A DNA stretch of 64,000 nucleotides from an uncultured archaeon. GTDB lineage: Archaea > Thermoproteota > Nitrososphaeria > Nitrososphaerales > Gagatemarchaeaceae. The position numbers and the translations under genes were made by a program. Shown in pieces: positions 36,111 to 46,532 of the stretch (its first letter is position 1; each line of letters starts with the position of its first letter). The notes under the pieces were generated by a model that had not been told where the DNA came from, ran no database searches, and was given only the letters and a program-made list of their open reading frames with translations. The stretch spans positions 64,001 through 128,000 of the forward strand of contig CAWFOU010000008.1 of assembly GCA_963817525.1 (NCBI GenBank). Direction: 5' to 3'.

Positions 36111-37493
36111 TCACAGGGGCCTCTGCATCTCCCCTTTGCTTCGAGTGTCGACGTGGCCATGGTCCATCACGACGCCGCCCCTGACTATTGTGTAGACGGC
36201 GGCGCCCTTGGCCTTGAACCCCTCGAAGGGGCTGTACTTCGCCTTGCTCTCGAACTTGGCGGGGTCTATCGTCCACTCCTTTTTCGTGTCGACGACGGTA
36301 AAGTCGGCGTCGGCCCCGACCGCGATCCTCCCCTTCTTGGGGTAGAGGCCCCATTTCTTTGCCGGCGCGTCCGAGGTGAGCCGGACGTACCTGGTGAGCG
36401 TGAGGAGGCCTCGGTCGACGCAGGTGAGCATCAGGGCGACGGAGGTCTCGAGGCCCGGGAATCCGGAGGCCTGCTCGAAGATGGAGGCGCCCGAGGTCTT
36501 CTCCTCGATGGTGTGGGGGGCGTGGTCGGTGGCGATCATGTCGACGGTCCCGTCCCTGACGGCGCTCCAGAGGGCGAGCCTGTCCTCCCTCCGTTTCACC
36601 GACGGGTTGCACTTCATCATCGAGCCCTTCGCCGGATAGTCGCCCTTGTCGAGCAGGAGGTATTGGGGGCACGTCTCGGCAGTGACGTCGCTCCCTCGGG
36701 CGCGGGAGAGCTTCGCCTGGCGCACCCCGGCCGCGCCTGCGGCGCTGCTCAGGTGGGCGATGTGCAGGCCGCACCGCGCCTCCCTGCCGAGGGCTATCGC
36801 ACGCCTCACCGCTTTCTCCTCGGCTATCTCCGGTCGGGACTCGTAGTGAGCCAGGGGGTCGACCCGCCCCGACGCCTTCAGCTTCGCGGTGAGGCGCTTG
36901 ATTGTCGAGGCGTCCTCCGCGTGAACGGAGACCCTCCTTCCGGCCCGCCCGACCAGGGCGAGGTCCTCGCGCATCTCTCCCTCCGAAGGCGACGCGACGT
37001 TCCCCGTCGTCTCGGCCATGTAGCACTTGAAGCCTATCACGCCCGCGTCGACCATCGGGGCTATCTCCGGTGCGCTCCCCATCGTGAGTAGGCCGTAGAA
37101 GGCGTAGTCCACCAAGGCCTTCTCGGCCGCCTTCATCTTGGCGCGAAGGGTCTCGACGTCTCCGGTCGGGGGGAAGTTGTTGGGCATGTCGAAGACCGTG
37201 GTCACCCCGCCTGCCGCGGCGGCCGCGGTGCCCGTCCGGAAGTCCTCCTTGTCGGTGGAGCCTGGGTCTCGCATGTGGACGTGGACGTCGATGACACCTG
37301 GGAGGACGACCAGGCCGGACGCGTCGATCACCTTTCTGGCCTTTGGCGCATTGGAGTTAGCGCCGACCCATGAGACCTTCCCGTCCTTCGCGGCGACTGC
37401 GCAGCTCCGGAGCGACGACGACACGGCGACCCTCCCGTTGACGATCACCAGGTCGGCCGAGCTCAAAATACCTGATGGCCCGAAGCCCCGCAC
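36111..37493 (-). CDS. Dihydroorotase/allantoinase family cyclic amidohydrolase
   Basis: DVHVHMRDPG, GGVTT..DMPN, HAED, HIAHLS, TDHAPH; adjacency to pyrD suggests pyrC. Confidence 0.9.
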   Translation of the reverse strand: MRGFGPSGILSSADLVIVNGRVAVSSSLRSCAVAAKDGKVSWVGANSNAPKARKVIDASGLVVLPGVIDVHVHMRDPGSTDKEDFRTGTAAAAAGGVTTVFDMPNNFPPTGDVETLRAKMKAAEKALVDYAFYGLLTMGSAPEIAPMVDAGVIGFKCYMAETTGNVASPSEGEMREDLALVGRAGRRVSVHAEDASTIKRLTAKLKASGRVDPLAHYESRPEIAEEKAVRRAIALGREARCGLHIAHLSSAAGAAGVRQAKLSRARGSDVTAETCPQYLLLDKGDYPAKGSMMKCNPSVKRREDRLALWSAVRDGTVDMIATDHAPHTIEEKTSGASIFEQASGFPGLETSVALMLTCVDRGLLTLTRYVRLTSDAPAKKWGLYPKKGRIAVGADADFTVVDTKKEWTIDPAKFESKAKYSPFEGFKAKGAAVYTIVRGGVVMDHGHVDTRSKGEMQRPL

Positions 37494-37500
37494 TGACTAT

Positions 37501-38259
37501 TTATCGATATTGCGGACGCGGGCTTGTCATCGAGGTCGGCTTTGCTTCTTCGGCCTTGTACCTCTCCTCAAACGGCGCGAGCATGGACAGCAGGTTCGTC
37601 GGGAAGACGGCCGGGTCCGTCAGCTTGGTCCTTTCCTGCTTGAAGCGCGCATATCCCTCGTTGACGCTCGCGCTCAGTCTCTGCGATGAAGACTTACGTC
37701 TCCCGCCACGTTTGATGATCCGCAAGAATCGTATCTCGTCTTGAAACTTCACGAGGGTGGACAGCAAGACCGAGTTCTGCGCGGCGACGGCGACCCTCCC
37801 AAACTCGTAGTAGAGGTCCAAGGTGCCTTCAGGCGTCTGCGAGACGTTCATCGTGCTGTTTCGGAACCAGCCCTGAAGGGATAGCAGGGACAACGAGGTC
37901 GAGTCGTACGCCTCGTCGACCTTTTCCATTTTTGGGAAGAGGGTGTCCCGAATGACCGCTATGACGATGGTCCAGCCTACCGCGACTGCGATCAAGAGCA
38001 CGATGATGTCGAACAGGTAGGCCGTCTTCAGGACGCCGAGCTGGGTCAAGGTGATTGAGGCGGCCGCGATGGCGGCTATCGCCTGCCATACGACGTCGCG
38101 CGTCTTCAGGATGGCGTCGTCCGAGTCCCGCAGCTGCGACGAGAAGCTGTCGTAGTCGGAGCGGTGGACGTCGATGAGGTTCTGGATGACCGAGTCGACG
38201 CGGTTCACGAACCACCTTTTGTTCTCGTCGGACTCTGCCCTGCCCGGCGCCGCGCTCAT
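37501..38259 (-). CDS. Hypothetical 2-TM membrane protein
   Basis: Long ORF in operon context with two TM helices. Confidence 0.7.
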   Translation of the reverse strand: MSAAPGRAESDENKRWFVNRVDSVIQNLIDVHRSDYDSFSSQLRDSDDAILKTRDVVWQAIAAIAAASITLTQLGVLKTAYLFDIIVLLIAVAVGWTIVIAVIRDTLFPKMEKVDEAYDSTSLSLLSLQGWFRNSTMNVSQTPEGTLDLYYEFGRVAVAAQNSVLLSTLVKFQDEIRFLRIIKRGGRRKSSSQRLSASVNEGYARFKQERTKLTDPAVFPTNLLSMLAPFEERYKAEEAKPTSMTSPRPQYR

Positions 38260-38274
38260 CGCACTCGCCGTCGC

Positions 38275-39054
38275 TCACTGGACGAGCTTGCGCAGGACCA
38301 CGGAGGCCGCGACCATCATTAGCACGGTGAAGATGGCGACGACCGCGACGTCTAGGGGGACCTGTGAGTAGTTCCCGGTGAGGAGCATGGAGCGCATCGC
38401 GTCGACCACATAGCTCAGGGGGTTGACCTCCGAGACGTACTGGAGCCACTTTGGCATCAGCGAGATGGGGTAGATGGCGTTGCTCGCGAAGAAGAGGGGC
38501 ATGGTCAGCGCCTGCCCAAAGGCCATCATCCTGCTCTGGGTCCCTAGGAAGGCGCTGAGCGTCATCGAGAAGGCCGTGAAGGCCATAGCGAAGAGCACGA
38601 CCACGAAGAAGACCCCAAGGACGTCTAGGGGGTCGAGCCTGAGGTTGATGCCTAGGATCAGCGTCAGCCCTAGGACGACGATCGCCATGAAGATGCCCCT
38701 CACGCTGGACGCGAGCGTCTTCCCGATAACTACTGAGGCCCTCGGGGCTGGGGTCGAGAGGAGCTTTGTGAGCATCCCCACGTCGCGCTCCCAGATGAGC
38801 CGGACGCCGTAGAGAATGGCGACGAAGAGGACAGACTGGGCTATTATCCCCGAGGACATGAACTGGAGGTAGGTGTAGTCCCCCTCGGTCAACTGGCTCG
38901 ACCTGAGCGCCGTGAGCGCCGACCCGAAGACGACCAGCCAAAGCGCAGGCTGAATCGCTCTCATCCACAGCTCGGAGGAGTCGTGGCGTATCTTCCTCGC
39001 CTCCATCTCGGCGATTGTAAGGGCGGAGGAGACGAACTTGGCCGCGGTAACCAA
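38275..39054 (-). CDS. ABC-2 type transporter permease
   Basis: Six TM helices, ERD.G...KLLSTP, NPLSYVVDAMR. Confidence 0.93.
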   Translation of the reverse strand: MVTAAKFVSSALTIAEMEARKIRHDSSELWMRAIQPALWLVVFGSALTALRSSQLTEGDYTYLQFMSSGIIAQSVLFVAILYGVRLIWERDVGMLTKLLSTPAPRASVVIGKTLASSVRGIFMAIVVLGLTLILGINLRLDPLDVLGVFFVVVLFAMAFTAFSMTLSAFLGTQSRMMAFGQALTMPLFFASNAIYPISLMPKWLQYVSEVNPLSYVVDAMRSMLLTGNYSQVPLDVAVVAIFTVLMMVAASVVLRKLVQ

Positions 39055-39058
39055 TGAC

Positions 39059-40042
39059 CTATCTCGACCTCCTTTGGAAGGTCTTCCTTGCCTCCTTGGT
39101 CTCCCTGAACGAGCCCTTGGCCTCGAGCCCGAGGCTGGTGTACTTCAGGAAGACGTCGTCGAGGCTAGGCGAGCTGAGGGAGATTCCCTTGATTCCCACC
39201 CCCTGGTTCCTCAGATAGTCGATTATCTGCGGCAAAGCGGCTTCCCCGTCGGGGGACACGATCTTGAGGGAGTAGTCGTCGACCTCTGTCACCCGGCCCA
39301 GGTCGGCAGGGACCGTAGAAGGGGGCACGGTGGAGGTCTTCACGGTGACGAGGTCCCCGCCGATGGACCGCTTCAGGTCCTCTGGGGCGCCCGAGATCGC
39401 GATCTTGCCCTGGTTCATGATGGCGAGGCGGTCGCACAACTCGTCCGCCTCCTCCATGTCGTGGGTGGTGATGAAGATCGTGACCCCATAGTCGGAGTTG
39501 AGCCTCTTGATGTATCCCCAGGTCTTGAGCCTGGACGCCGGGTCCAGGCCGATGCTCGGCTCGTCGAGGAAGAGGATCCTCGGCCGGTTGACGAGGGACT
39601 CGGCGATCTCGAGGCGGCGCATCATCCCCCCGGAGAAGTGCTTGACGAGGTCGTCCGCCCTCTCGGAGAGGTCCATGTACTCGAGGGCCTCCTTGATCCT
39701 CTGCCCGCGGTCCGCCTTCTTCACGTCGAAGAGCTTCGAGAATATCAGGAGGTTCTCGTAGGCTGTAAGGTCGCCATCGACCGACACGGACTGAGGGACG
39801 TAGCCCAGCATTGACCTCACCGCGGAGGGGTCTCGGCTCACGTCTGTCCCGAAGATCTTGATCGACCCGGAAGTGGGGACGCCGAGCGTGGTGATCATCC
39901 TTATGGTGGTGGTCTTGCCCGCGCCGTTCGGCCCCAGGAATCCCCACACCTCGCCCTCGTCGACTTCGAAGCTGATGTCGTCTACCGCCTTTATCCCGCC
40001 CGGATAGACCTTTGAGAGGTGCTCGACCTCGATCGCTTTCAT
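39059..40042 (-). CDS. ABC transporter ATP-binding protein (DrrA-like)
   Basis: GPNGAGKTT, FSGGMMRR, LDEP, TTH, SLDDVF. Confidence 0.95.
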   Translation of the reverse strand: MKAIEVEHLSKVYPGGIKAVDDISFEVDEGEVWGFLGPNGAGKTTTIRMITTLGVPTSGSIKIFGTDVSRDPSAVRSMLGYVPQSVSVDGDLTAYENLLIFSKLFDVKKADRGQRIKEALEYMDLSERADDLVKHFSGGMMRRLEIAESLVNRPRILFLDEPSIGLDPASRLKTWGYIKRLNSDYGVTIFITTHDMEEADELCDRLAIMNQGKIAISGAPEDLKRSIGGDLVTVKTSTVPPSTVPADLGRVTEVDDYSLKIVSPDGEAALPQIIDYLRNQGVGIKGISLSSPSLDDVFLKYTSLGLEAKGSFRETKEARKTFQRRSR

Positions 40043-40219
40043 CGATTGCCTTCCAGTTTACGAAGAAATCCGCCGCCTATCTGTATAAACGTATGCTCGG
40101 GACTCCGGATCTCGCCCATCTCCATATGGAAGACTTTATACGCCGGACAGGTCGCAATATCACGCACATCTTGCCCCACTGCAACGGGACGGGACAGGAC
40201 TGCGGGAACTAGAAGCAAT

Positions 40220-40894
40220 ATGACAAAGATAGAGGAAGACGACATTGGGATAGACTCCGTCCTGCTGACGGTCGAGAACCCCGTGAGGCGGAAGATAATC
40301 AAGCAGCTCAGCAAGGAGCCCAGCTACCAGCTCCGCATCTCCAAGGAGCTCGGCTTTAGCCAGCAGCTGGTGGCGAAGCACCTTGAATCCATGGAAGACT
40401 CCGGCGTGGTCTCCTCCCAGATGGAGGCGAGCCCCCACGGCCCGAAAAGGAAGGAGTACCTGCTCAACCGGAGCATTTCGCTTACGATAGACTTCGCGCC
40501 GAACCTCTTCAAGGCGAGGGTCATGGAGTTCGACCCGCTGCCCGAGCTCGACCTGCCTGGAGCGTCCGGGGATGTCTTCAGGATGCTCGCGGAGGTGATG
40601 CAGCGCCCCGAGGAGAACGCCAAGCTAAAGCCCCTGGGCTCGCTCATAAAGGAGATAGACAGCAAGCTCACCCGGATCGAGGACGAAAAGTCCGTCCTGC
40701 TGTACCTGAGGCACCTCGCAATGAAGGAGGTCTCTCGGGCCGTAGGGGGCCATTCAGATGGCGGGTGGGACGCGAAGGTGATCAACCAACTGGTGGACGA
40801 GAACGAGAAGAACCTGCGCGAGACGTTCAGCGGCCTTAGGATGAGTCAAGAGTGGGTTAGGGCCATCCTGGCCGAGCTGGAACAGGGACTATAG
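40220..40894 (+). CDS. ArsR-family transcriptional regulator
   Basis: NPVRRKII..LS.EP.Y...ISKELG.SQQ.V.KHL, GPKRK.Y. Confidence 0.88.
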   Translation: MTKIEEDDIGIDSVLLTVENPVRRKIIKQLSKEPSYQLRISKELGFSQQLVAKHLESMEDSGVVSSQMEASPHGPKRKEYLLNRSISLTIDFAPNLFKARVMEFDPLPELDLPGASGDVFRMLAEVMQRPEENAKLKPLGSLIKEIDSKLTRIEDEKSVLLYLRHLAMKEVSRAVGGHSDGGWDAKVINQLVDENEKNLRETFSGLRMSQEWVRAILAELEQGL

Positions 40895-40966
40895 CCCCGC
40901 CCAGCTCCTTTTCTCATGCTTCCTCCTTGGTAGAATAAAGAGGGGCTTGGCCCCTCGGATGGAAGC

Positions 40967-41134
40967 CTAGAACTGGAAGGTGGACTGTGGAACGCCAAGC
41001 TGAGTCTGGAGGGTGCGTATCCTCTCAGAGTATTCCTTCATCTTGGCATTGTCGTGCTGGACCTTTGCGATCTTGTACGCCTTCCACGCCTTCCGTAGTG
41101 CTCCCCACGTCTGACCCGTTGTGTAGGTGCTCAT
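40967..41134 (-). CDS. 55-aa small protein (below the ORF-track cutoff)
   Basis: MSTYTTGQTWGALRKAWKAYKIAKVQHDNAKMKEYSERIRTLQTQLGVPQSTFQF. I recall similar small proteins in TACK archaea, unverified. Confidence 0.7.
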   Translation of the reverse strand: MSTYTTGQTWGALRKAWKAYKIAKVQHDNAKMKEYSERIRTLQTQLGVPQSTFQF

Positions 41135-41216
41135 GTCAAGATGATATTGATTTCACGTTATTTTGAAATCTGGGTCAATCTTACTAGAGCACATGATACG
41201 AACTACTTCAACCGAT

Positions 41217-41678
41217 TCAGGCGGCTGAATCGCCAGAATCTGGCTTTTGGGGGGTGCTCCCGGGGTCGGGGGAGCGCTGCGCCATCGCGATTATGTCCTG
41301 CTGGATCTGCTCCCTTGTCTTCCCGATCGTGGGGATCCCCAGCTTTCTGGCCGCCTCGATGAGCAGCTGGTCGCCGGTCTTGACGCTGGGCGTAGCGGCG
41401 GTGGGCTGGGGAAGAGAGCGCGTCGGGCCCTGCTGGGAGGCCTGGGGGAGCGCGGCCGCCGCTACGACCGGTGCGGCGGACGAGGATGGGGAAGGGGCAA
41501 AGAAGGGGCTCGTGCCGTTCTGGATGCTGGCCGAGGCCTTTTGGAACTCCTTCGTCGCGTTATCGAACTCCCTCCTGGCCTGCGCGAGCATCCTCGCGAG
41601 CTCCGGAATCTTCTGGGGTCCCCACAGGAAGAATACTAGCAGGATGACGCCGATGCTCGCAAGTGCTACGGGGTCCAT
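41217..41678 (-). CDS. tatA: Twin-arginine translocase TatA/E family subunit
   Basis: TM followed by GPQKIPELAR.L.QA.REF; C-terminal A.KLGI.T.GKT.EQI. Confidence 0.88.
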   Translation of the reverse strand: MDPVALASIGVILLVFFLWGPQKIPELARMLAQARREFDNATKEFQKASASIQNGTSPFFAPSPSSSAAPVVAAAALPQASQQGPTRSLPQPTAATPSVKTGDQLLIEAARKLGIPTIGKTREQIQQDIIAMAQRSPDPGSTPQKPDSGDSAA

Positions 41679-41732
41679 TCCGGTTCGCGACTCGGAAATT
41701 TCCCTCCTTAGCGTCTTATTAAGATTAGCCGG

Positions 41733-42581
41733 CTAGATGGAGCGGAGGAGGAGCCACACGTTGCTTGGGTGCTCCTTTATCCTGCGTACGGAGTACGGGT
41801 ACCACTCCTGGCCGTAGGGCATGTAGTCCACCACCCTGTATCCCTCTTTGGCTAGCTTGACCTTGAGGTCGTCCCGTATCCCCCTGAGCATCTCGAACTC
41901 GAACTTTGTGTTGGGGCTAGAATTGTGGAGCCTCAAGGCCTCCTCGATGGGCCTGGAGTCATGAGTCCCCACGGCGAACCCCTGCCCCCTCTCGAAGAGT
42001 ACGCCGAGGAGCTTGATGTAGTTCTCCGTCACCTGCTGGCGCGAGCGGAAGACCAGCTCTGAGGGCTCCCTGTAGGCCCCCTTCACCAGGCGGACCTTGC
42101 CGCCGATGTCCATGAGGCGCTTGAGGTCGCCTTCGCTTCGCCTGAGGTAGGCCTGGAGGGCGACCCCCACGTTCTTGTTGGCATCCAGAAGCCTAGAGTA
42201 GATGTCCAGGGTCCGCGTCGTCACGGCGGAGCCCTCCATGTCGAGCCAGAGCATGCGCCCCATCCCTCCTGCCTCCTCCACGAGCTGCCGGGCCTTGTCC
42301 TCGACCACCGAATCCTCGAGCACCCCCAGCCCGAACTGGGTCAGCTTCATGGAGACGCACCCGTCGATTCCCCTGGTTTCGATGGCCCGCTGCAGCTTGA
42401 CGTACTCCTGGAAGTGGGACTCGGCGACGCGAGGGTCGGTCACGTCCTCACCGAGGTAGTTCAGGATGGTGCCCAGGCCCTTCGAGTTGGCTTCCTTGGC
42501 CTTGGCGAGGGCCGCCTCCATGTCCTTGCCCGCGATCCAGCGTTTCGCGGCGCCGTACGTCAGGTCTTGAAGTATCCCCAA
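41733..42581 (-). CDS. Monofunctional proline dehydrogenase
   Basis: WIAG, NYLGE, SMKLTQFG, DME, QAYL.R, RLVKGAY.E, THD, Y..RRI.E.P; TTG start chosen. Confidence 0.92.
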   Translation of the reverse strand: MGILQDLTYGAAKRWIAGKDMEAALAKAKEANSKGLGTILNYLGEDVTDPRVAESHFQEYVKLQRAIETRGIDGCVSMKLTQFGLGVLEDSVVEDKARQLVEEAGGMGRMLWLDMEGSAVTTRTLDIYSRLLDANKNVGVALQAYLRRSEGDLKRLMDIGGKVRLVKGAYREPSELVFRSRQQVTENYIKLLGVLFERGQGFAVGTHDSRPIEEALRLHNSSPNTKFEFEMLRGIRDDLKVKLAKEGYRVVDYMPYGQEWYPYSVRRIKEHPSNVWLLLRSI

Positions 42582-42636
42582 AGCTACAGCGAGCCAACCG
42601 TTTTTATCGGGAGATATAAGCAGGGAAACTAGTTCG

Positions 42637-43749
42637 GTGCAGTTGGCCAAGTCTGCAGTACCCAACCTGAAGAGGCGGACCGCCGTCCTCGCCAAGGAGC
42701 TCCGCTTGGCGGGGCTCGCGGGGGCGATAATCGTCCCTGGGCCCAACCTCCTGTACTATACCGGCGTAAGCGCGCACCTCTACGAGCGACCCTTCCTCTT
42801 CTTCGTAGAGAGCGACGGCGAGGCGCATCTCCTCGCCCCCCAGCTTGAGGCGGGGCCCTTCCAGGTCTCCATCCCCATGAAGGTCCACGCGTGGACCGAC
42901 AACCAAGGCCCATCGGGGGCGTTCAGGGAGGTCCTCAAGGACGTCGACGCGAAGGGAACGTGGGGCTGCGAGGGGAAGGTCCCCTTCGGGTTCCTCAATC
43001 ACCTCCTTGCAAAGGGGCTGAAGGTCAAGCCCGCCGAGAGCGTCCTACAGTCGATAAGGGAGGTCAAGGAGCCGGAGGAGCTCGAGCTGCTCAAGAGGTC
43101 CGCAGCCATCCTTTCCGGGTCGGTCCTCAAGGTGCCGGAGGCGCTCCGCGAGGGCACGACGGAGAAGGAGCTTTCCCGCTTCATCTCCGAGGACGCGCTC
43201 GCGAACGGGGCTGACGAGGTGGAGCCCACCATCCAGTCCGGGGCGAGGGCGGCGGACCCCCACTCCGTGACGTCCACGAGGAAGATCGGCCGCGGCGAGA
43301 GCGTGGTCGCCGACGTCGTCAGCTCCTACGCTGGGTACGCGGCGGACATTACGAGGACGTTCGTGCTCGGGAGCGGCGGGGAGGTGGAGAGGACGTACGA
43401 GAGCGTGCTGGCCGCGCAGCGAAAGGCGATAGACGCGGCCGGGGCGGGTGTGGCCACCGGAAGGGTGGACGCCGCTGCGCGGGACTCGCTGAAGAAGGAC
43501 GGCCTGGCGAAGTACTTCATACACAGGACGGGGCACGGGCTGGGGCTGGAGGTCCACGAGGCCCCGTACATCGTCGCGAAGGGGCGGGAGCGCCTCAGGG
43601 CTGGGATGGTCTTCACCGTCGAGCCCGGGGCGTACCTGCCTGGGAAGCTCGGCGTCAGGATAGAGGACGACGTCTCGATATCGAGGGGCGGGCGCGCCGA
43701 GGTGACCACGGAGAAGGTCCCCAAGGAATACGGGTGGTGGAGGAAGTGA
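42637..43749 (+). CDS. Xaa-Pro peptidase (M24)
   Basis: DITRT, HRTGHGLGLEVHE, TVEPG.Y, GVRIED. Confidence 0.95.
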   Translation: MQLAKSAVPNLKRRTAVLAKELRLAGLAGAIIVPGPNLLYYTGVSAHLYERPFLFFVESDGEAHLLAPQLEAGPFQVSIPMKVHAWTDNQGPSGAFREVLKDVDAKGTWGCEGKVPFGFLNHLLAKGLKVKPAESVLQSIREVKEPEELELLKRSAAILSGSVLKVPEALREGTTEKELSRFISEDALANGADEVEPTIQSGARAADPHSVTSTRKIGRGESVVADVVSSYAGYAADITRTFVLGSGGEVERTYESVLAAQRKAIDAAGAGVATGRVDAAARDSLKKDGLAKYFIHRTGHGLGLEVHEAPYIVAKGRERLRAGMVFTVEPGAYLPGKLGVRIEDDVSISRGGRAEVTTEKVPKEYGWWRK

Positions 43750-43753
43750 CCCC

Positions 43754-45445
43754 GTGAGGAACCACGACGTCGCCGAGCTGCTGGACAAGATGGCCCAGGC
43801 CTCGGAGGCAGCCGGCGAGGACAGGTTCAAGGTGATCGCCTACAGGAGGGCGGCGACCGTCATCCGCAACATGGAGCAGGACGTGGAGGACGTGTGGAAG
43901 CAGGGTCAGCTCGAGGAGATCAAGTACGTCGGCAACGCGATAGCGAAGAAGATCGACGAATACCTGAGGACGGGCAAGCTCGAGGCGCTGGACAAAATGG
44001 AGAGGAAGGTTCCCACGGGGGCGCTCGAGCTGATGAAGGTCCCGGGGATCGGGCCTAAGACCGCATACAAGCTGGCGCAGAGCTACCACGTTAAGAGCGT
44101 GGAGGACCTCAGGGTGGGACTGGCATCGGGCGCGCTCACCGAGGCGGTCGGGGCGGTGATGGCCAAGAAGCTGGCCGGGGAGGTCGAGAAGATGAAGGAG
44201 GGCGGCTCCAGGATGCTCCTCGTCGAGGCCTTCAACCTCGCCGCGATGCTGGTAGCGTACTTCGAGGAGAAGGGCATCGACGTCCAGCCCGCCGGGAGCC
44301 TGAGGAGGGGGGCGAACACCGTGGGGGACATCGACATACTGACCACCGACGAGGACGCGAGCGACGCGTTCGTGAGCTACCCGATGGTGGACAGGGTCAT
44401 CGAGAGGGGGCCCACGAGGGTGAGCGTCTTCCTGAAGACGGGGACACAGGTCGACCTCCGCATCGTCAAGAAGGACGAGCTCGGCGCGGCGCTAGTCTAC
44501 TTCACGGGCTCGAAGCAGCACAACATAGAGCTGAGGAACCTGGCCATCGAGAAGGGCTGGAAGCTCAACGAGTACGCCCTCGCTGACGCGAAGACCGGGA
44601 AGGTCGTCGCGGGCAAGACCGAGGAGGAGGTCTACTCCAAGCTCGGGCTGGAGTTCATCCCGCCGGAGCTGAGGGAGGCGAGGGGCGAGGTGGAGGCGGC
44701 GATGGAGGGCAAGCTCCCGCACCTGGTGGAGGTGGGCGACCTGAAGGGCGACCTCCAGATGCACAGCACGTGGAGCGACGGCAGCGCCGAGCTGGAGAGG
44801 ATGGCCCGGGTGGCGATGGACAGCGGCTACGAGTACATCGCGTTCACCGACCACTCGGTCTCAGTGGGCATCGCGAACGGGCTCAACGAGGAGAGGTTCA
44901 GGCGGCAGTGGAAGGCCATAGACGACCTCAACGAGAAGGTGAAGCCGTTCAGGGTGCTGAAGGCCGTCGAGGCTGAGGTGAGGTCGGACGGGAGCCTCGA
45001 CTTTAGCAGGGAGTTCTTCGACCAGTTCGACGTCGTCGGGGCGTCCATACACCAGGCCTACAAGCAGTCGCCCGAGAAGCTCACGGAGAGGGCGGTGATG
45101 GCCCTGGAGCACCCCTCGGTCGACATCCTATTCCACCCCACCAACAGGATAATCGGGAGGCGGGAGGGGAACCCTCTCGACCTCCGCAAGGTCATAAAGA
45201 CGGCCAAGGACAACGGGAAGATGCTCGAGATAGACGGCGCCCCCAACAGGCTCGACCTCGACGAGATCTGGGCGAGGAGGGCGATGCAGGAGGGCGTGAA
45301 GCTCGTCGTGGACTCGGACGCGCACTCGCCCGCGGAGCTCAAGAACGTCCAGTTCGGGGTCGCAGTGGCGAGGAGGGCTTGGCTGGAGTCAAAAAACATA
45401 GCAAATACCCTGCCGCTCCGCGACCTCCTCAGGCTGGTCTCCTAG
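43754..45445 (+). CDS. polX: DNA polymerase X with PHP domain
   Basis: GSLRRG..TVGDIDIL, YFTGSK.HN, LNEY, IPPELRE; PHP motifs MHSTWSDG, TDHS, SDAH. Confidence 0.96.
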   Translation: MRNHDVAELLDKMAQASEAAGEDRFKVIAYRRAATVIRNMEQDVEDVWKQGQLEEIKYVGNAIAKKIDEYLRTGKLEALDKMERKVPTGALELMKVPGIGPKTAYKLAQSYHVKSVEDLRVGLASGALTEAVGAVMAKKLAGEVEKMKEGGSRMLLVEAFNLAAMLVAYFEEKGIDVQPAGSLRRGANTVGDIDILTTDEDASDAFVSYPMVDRVIERGPTRVSVFLKTGTQVDLRIVKKDELGAALVYFTGSKQHNIELRNLAIEKGWKLNEYALADAKTGKVVAGKTEEEVYSKLGLEFIPPELREARGEVEAAMEGKLPHLVEVGDLKGDLQMHSTWSDGSAELERMARVAMDSGYEYIAFTDHSVSVGIANGLNEERFRRQWKAIDDLNEKVKPFRVLKAVEAEVRSDGSLDFSREFFDQFDVVGASIHQAYKQSPEKLTERAVMALEHPSVDILFHPTNRIIGRREGNPLDLRKVIKTAKDNGKMLEIDGAPNRLDLDEIWARRAMQEGVKLVVDSDAHSPAELKNVQFGVAVARRAWLESKNIANTLPLRDLLRLVS

Positions 45446-45487
45446 CCGGCGGAAACGCTTTTGGGGGTTGCTTCCAGCCCGTGAAAT

Positions 45488-45586
45488 GCGGGGGTAGTCA
45501 AGCCTGGCCAACGACGTGGGACTTAAGCCACATGTGAAGAGATCCCATCCCTTTGGGGTTCGTGGGTTCGAATCCCACCCCCCGCA
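45488..45586 (+). tRNA. tRNA-Leu(TAA) with 14-nt intron at position 37/38 (45528-45541)
   Basis: Acceptor stem GCGGGGG/CCCCCGC, anticodon arm TGGGA-CT-TAA-G[intron]A-TCCCA, long variable arm, GGTTCGAATCC. Confidence 0.93.
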
Positions 45587-45665
45587 TAATCTTTCACTTG
45601 CGAGCGATTGACCGCCGTTAGAGGAGACAGCCTTTTAGCATGAGACTTGTCTTTCACCAGCCGGA

Positions 45666-46532
45666 TTGACACTGGGACGATCGGGCACCCTCCTGTTGGT
45701 CGTATTGCTCCTCTCAGGTGGAGGGTCGCTAATCCAGTCAGCAGGCGGTCAGGTATCGGGAGGTTCGGCCAGCGCGGCTGCCTCCCCGCACCCCGAGCCG
45801 CTCTCAGCCGCTTCGACTCCTCTACCATCGAATCTCGCTGGCATCAATGGGACTACCTGGGAGGACAGCTCAGGCGGTACCTGCGCTGAATGCACCTACT
45901 CGGTATACTTGACGGCCGGGGGTGCCTCAACGCCCAATTCTTACTTTCTCGCCATTTGGTACTTGACAGACCCAGCGTGCCCTCCAGCTGTGGAGCAGGA
46001 GTTGGTCCATCTCGACATTGGCGCCAATGGCACCACGTTGAATGACAACTCGGGGGGTAATTCCATCGAACTGTGTACTCGTGCCAGCAACACCATCGTC
46101 CAAGATTGTGGTCAGGATCAGCTTTGGTACGTGAACAACTTCACTCTGACCGTAACCCAGACCAGCATCTCAGGGTGGTACCAAAGTCAATACTGGACCT
46201 GGGACACGGCTTCCAACGGAGCCATAACGAACTGCTCGATTGAGTATTATTTTTCCCAGCCCTTTACTCTCACTCCTGTGTTCAGTTCGACGAGCTTATC
46301 CTCTAGCTCAGCTTCTTCCAGTGCAGCCACATCACAGCAAAACGCGGGAAACACAAACACGCCTGCAGCTCAGACCTCGAGCAGTTCAACGACCGGCTCT
46401 TCCTCCTCCTCGACAACGACATCAACCCATTCCGGCGGCTCCGGACGCCTCGAAGTGGAGATCTTGGTAGCCGCACCCATTCTGTTCGTTTTGCTTGTCG
46501 GGTCATGGTTCTTTCTCAGAAAGAGAAAGTAA
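45666..46532 (+). CDS. Cys-containing surface protein with C-terminal TM anchor
   Basis: Signal peptide, six Cys, Ser/Thr linker, TM helix and RKRK tail. Confidence 0.75.
   Translation: MTLGRSGTLLLVVLLLSGGGSLIQSAGGQVSGGSASAAASPHPEPLSAASTPLPSNLAGINGTTWEDSSGGTCAECTYSVYLTAGGASTPNSYFLAIWYLTDPACPPAVEQELVHLDIGANGTTLNDNSGGNSIELCTRASNTIVQDCGQDQLWYVNNFTLTVTQTSISGWYQSQYWTWDTASNGAITNCSIEYYFSQPFTLTPVFSSTSLSSSSASSSAATSQQNAGNTNTPAAQTSSSSTTGSSSSSTTTSTHSGGSGRLEVEILVAAPILFVLLVGSWFFLRKRK

Noticed and set aside
15095-39947. Numerous long Arg/Pro/Gly-rich alternative-frame ORFs
   Set aside because: Typical GC3-driven shadow frames of real genes.
43754-45445. PolX as a mobile-element gene beside the tRNA
   Set aside because: Host-like codon usage, co-oriented 4 bp after the peptidase gene, and located upstream of the tRNA.
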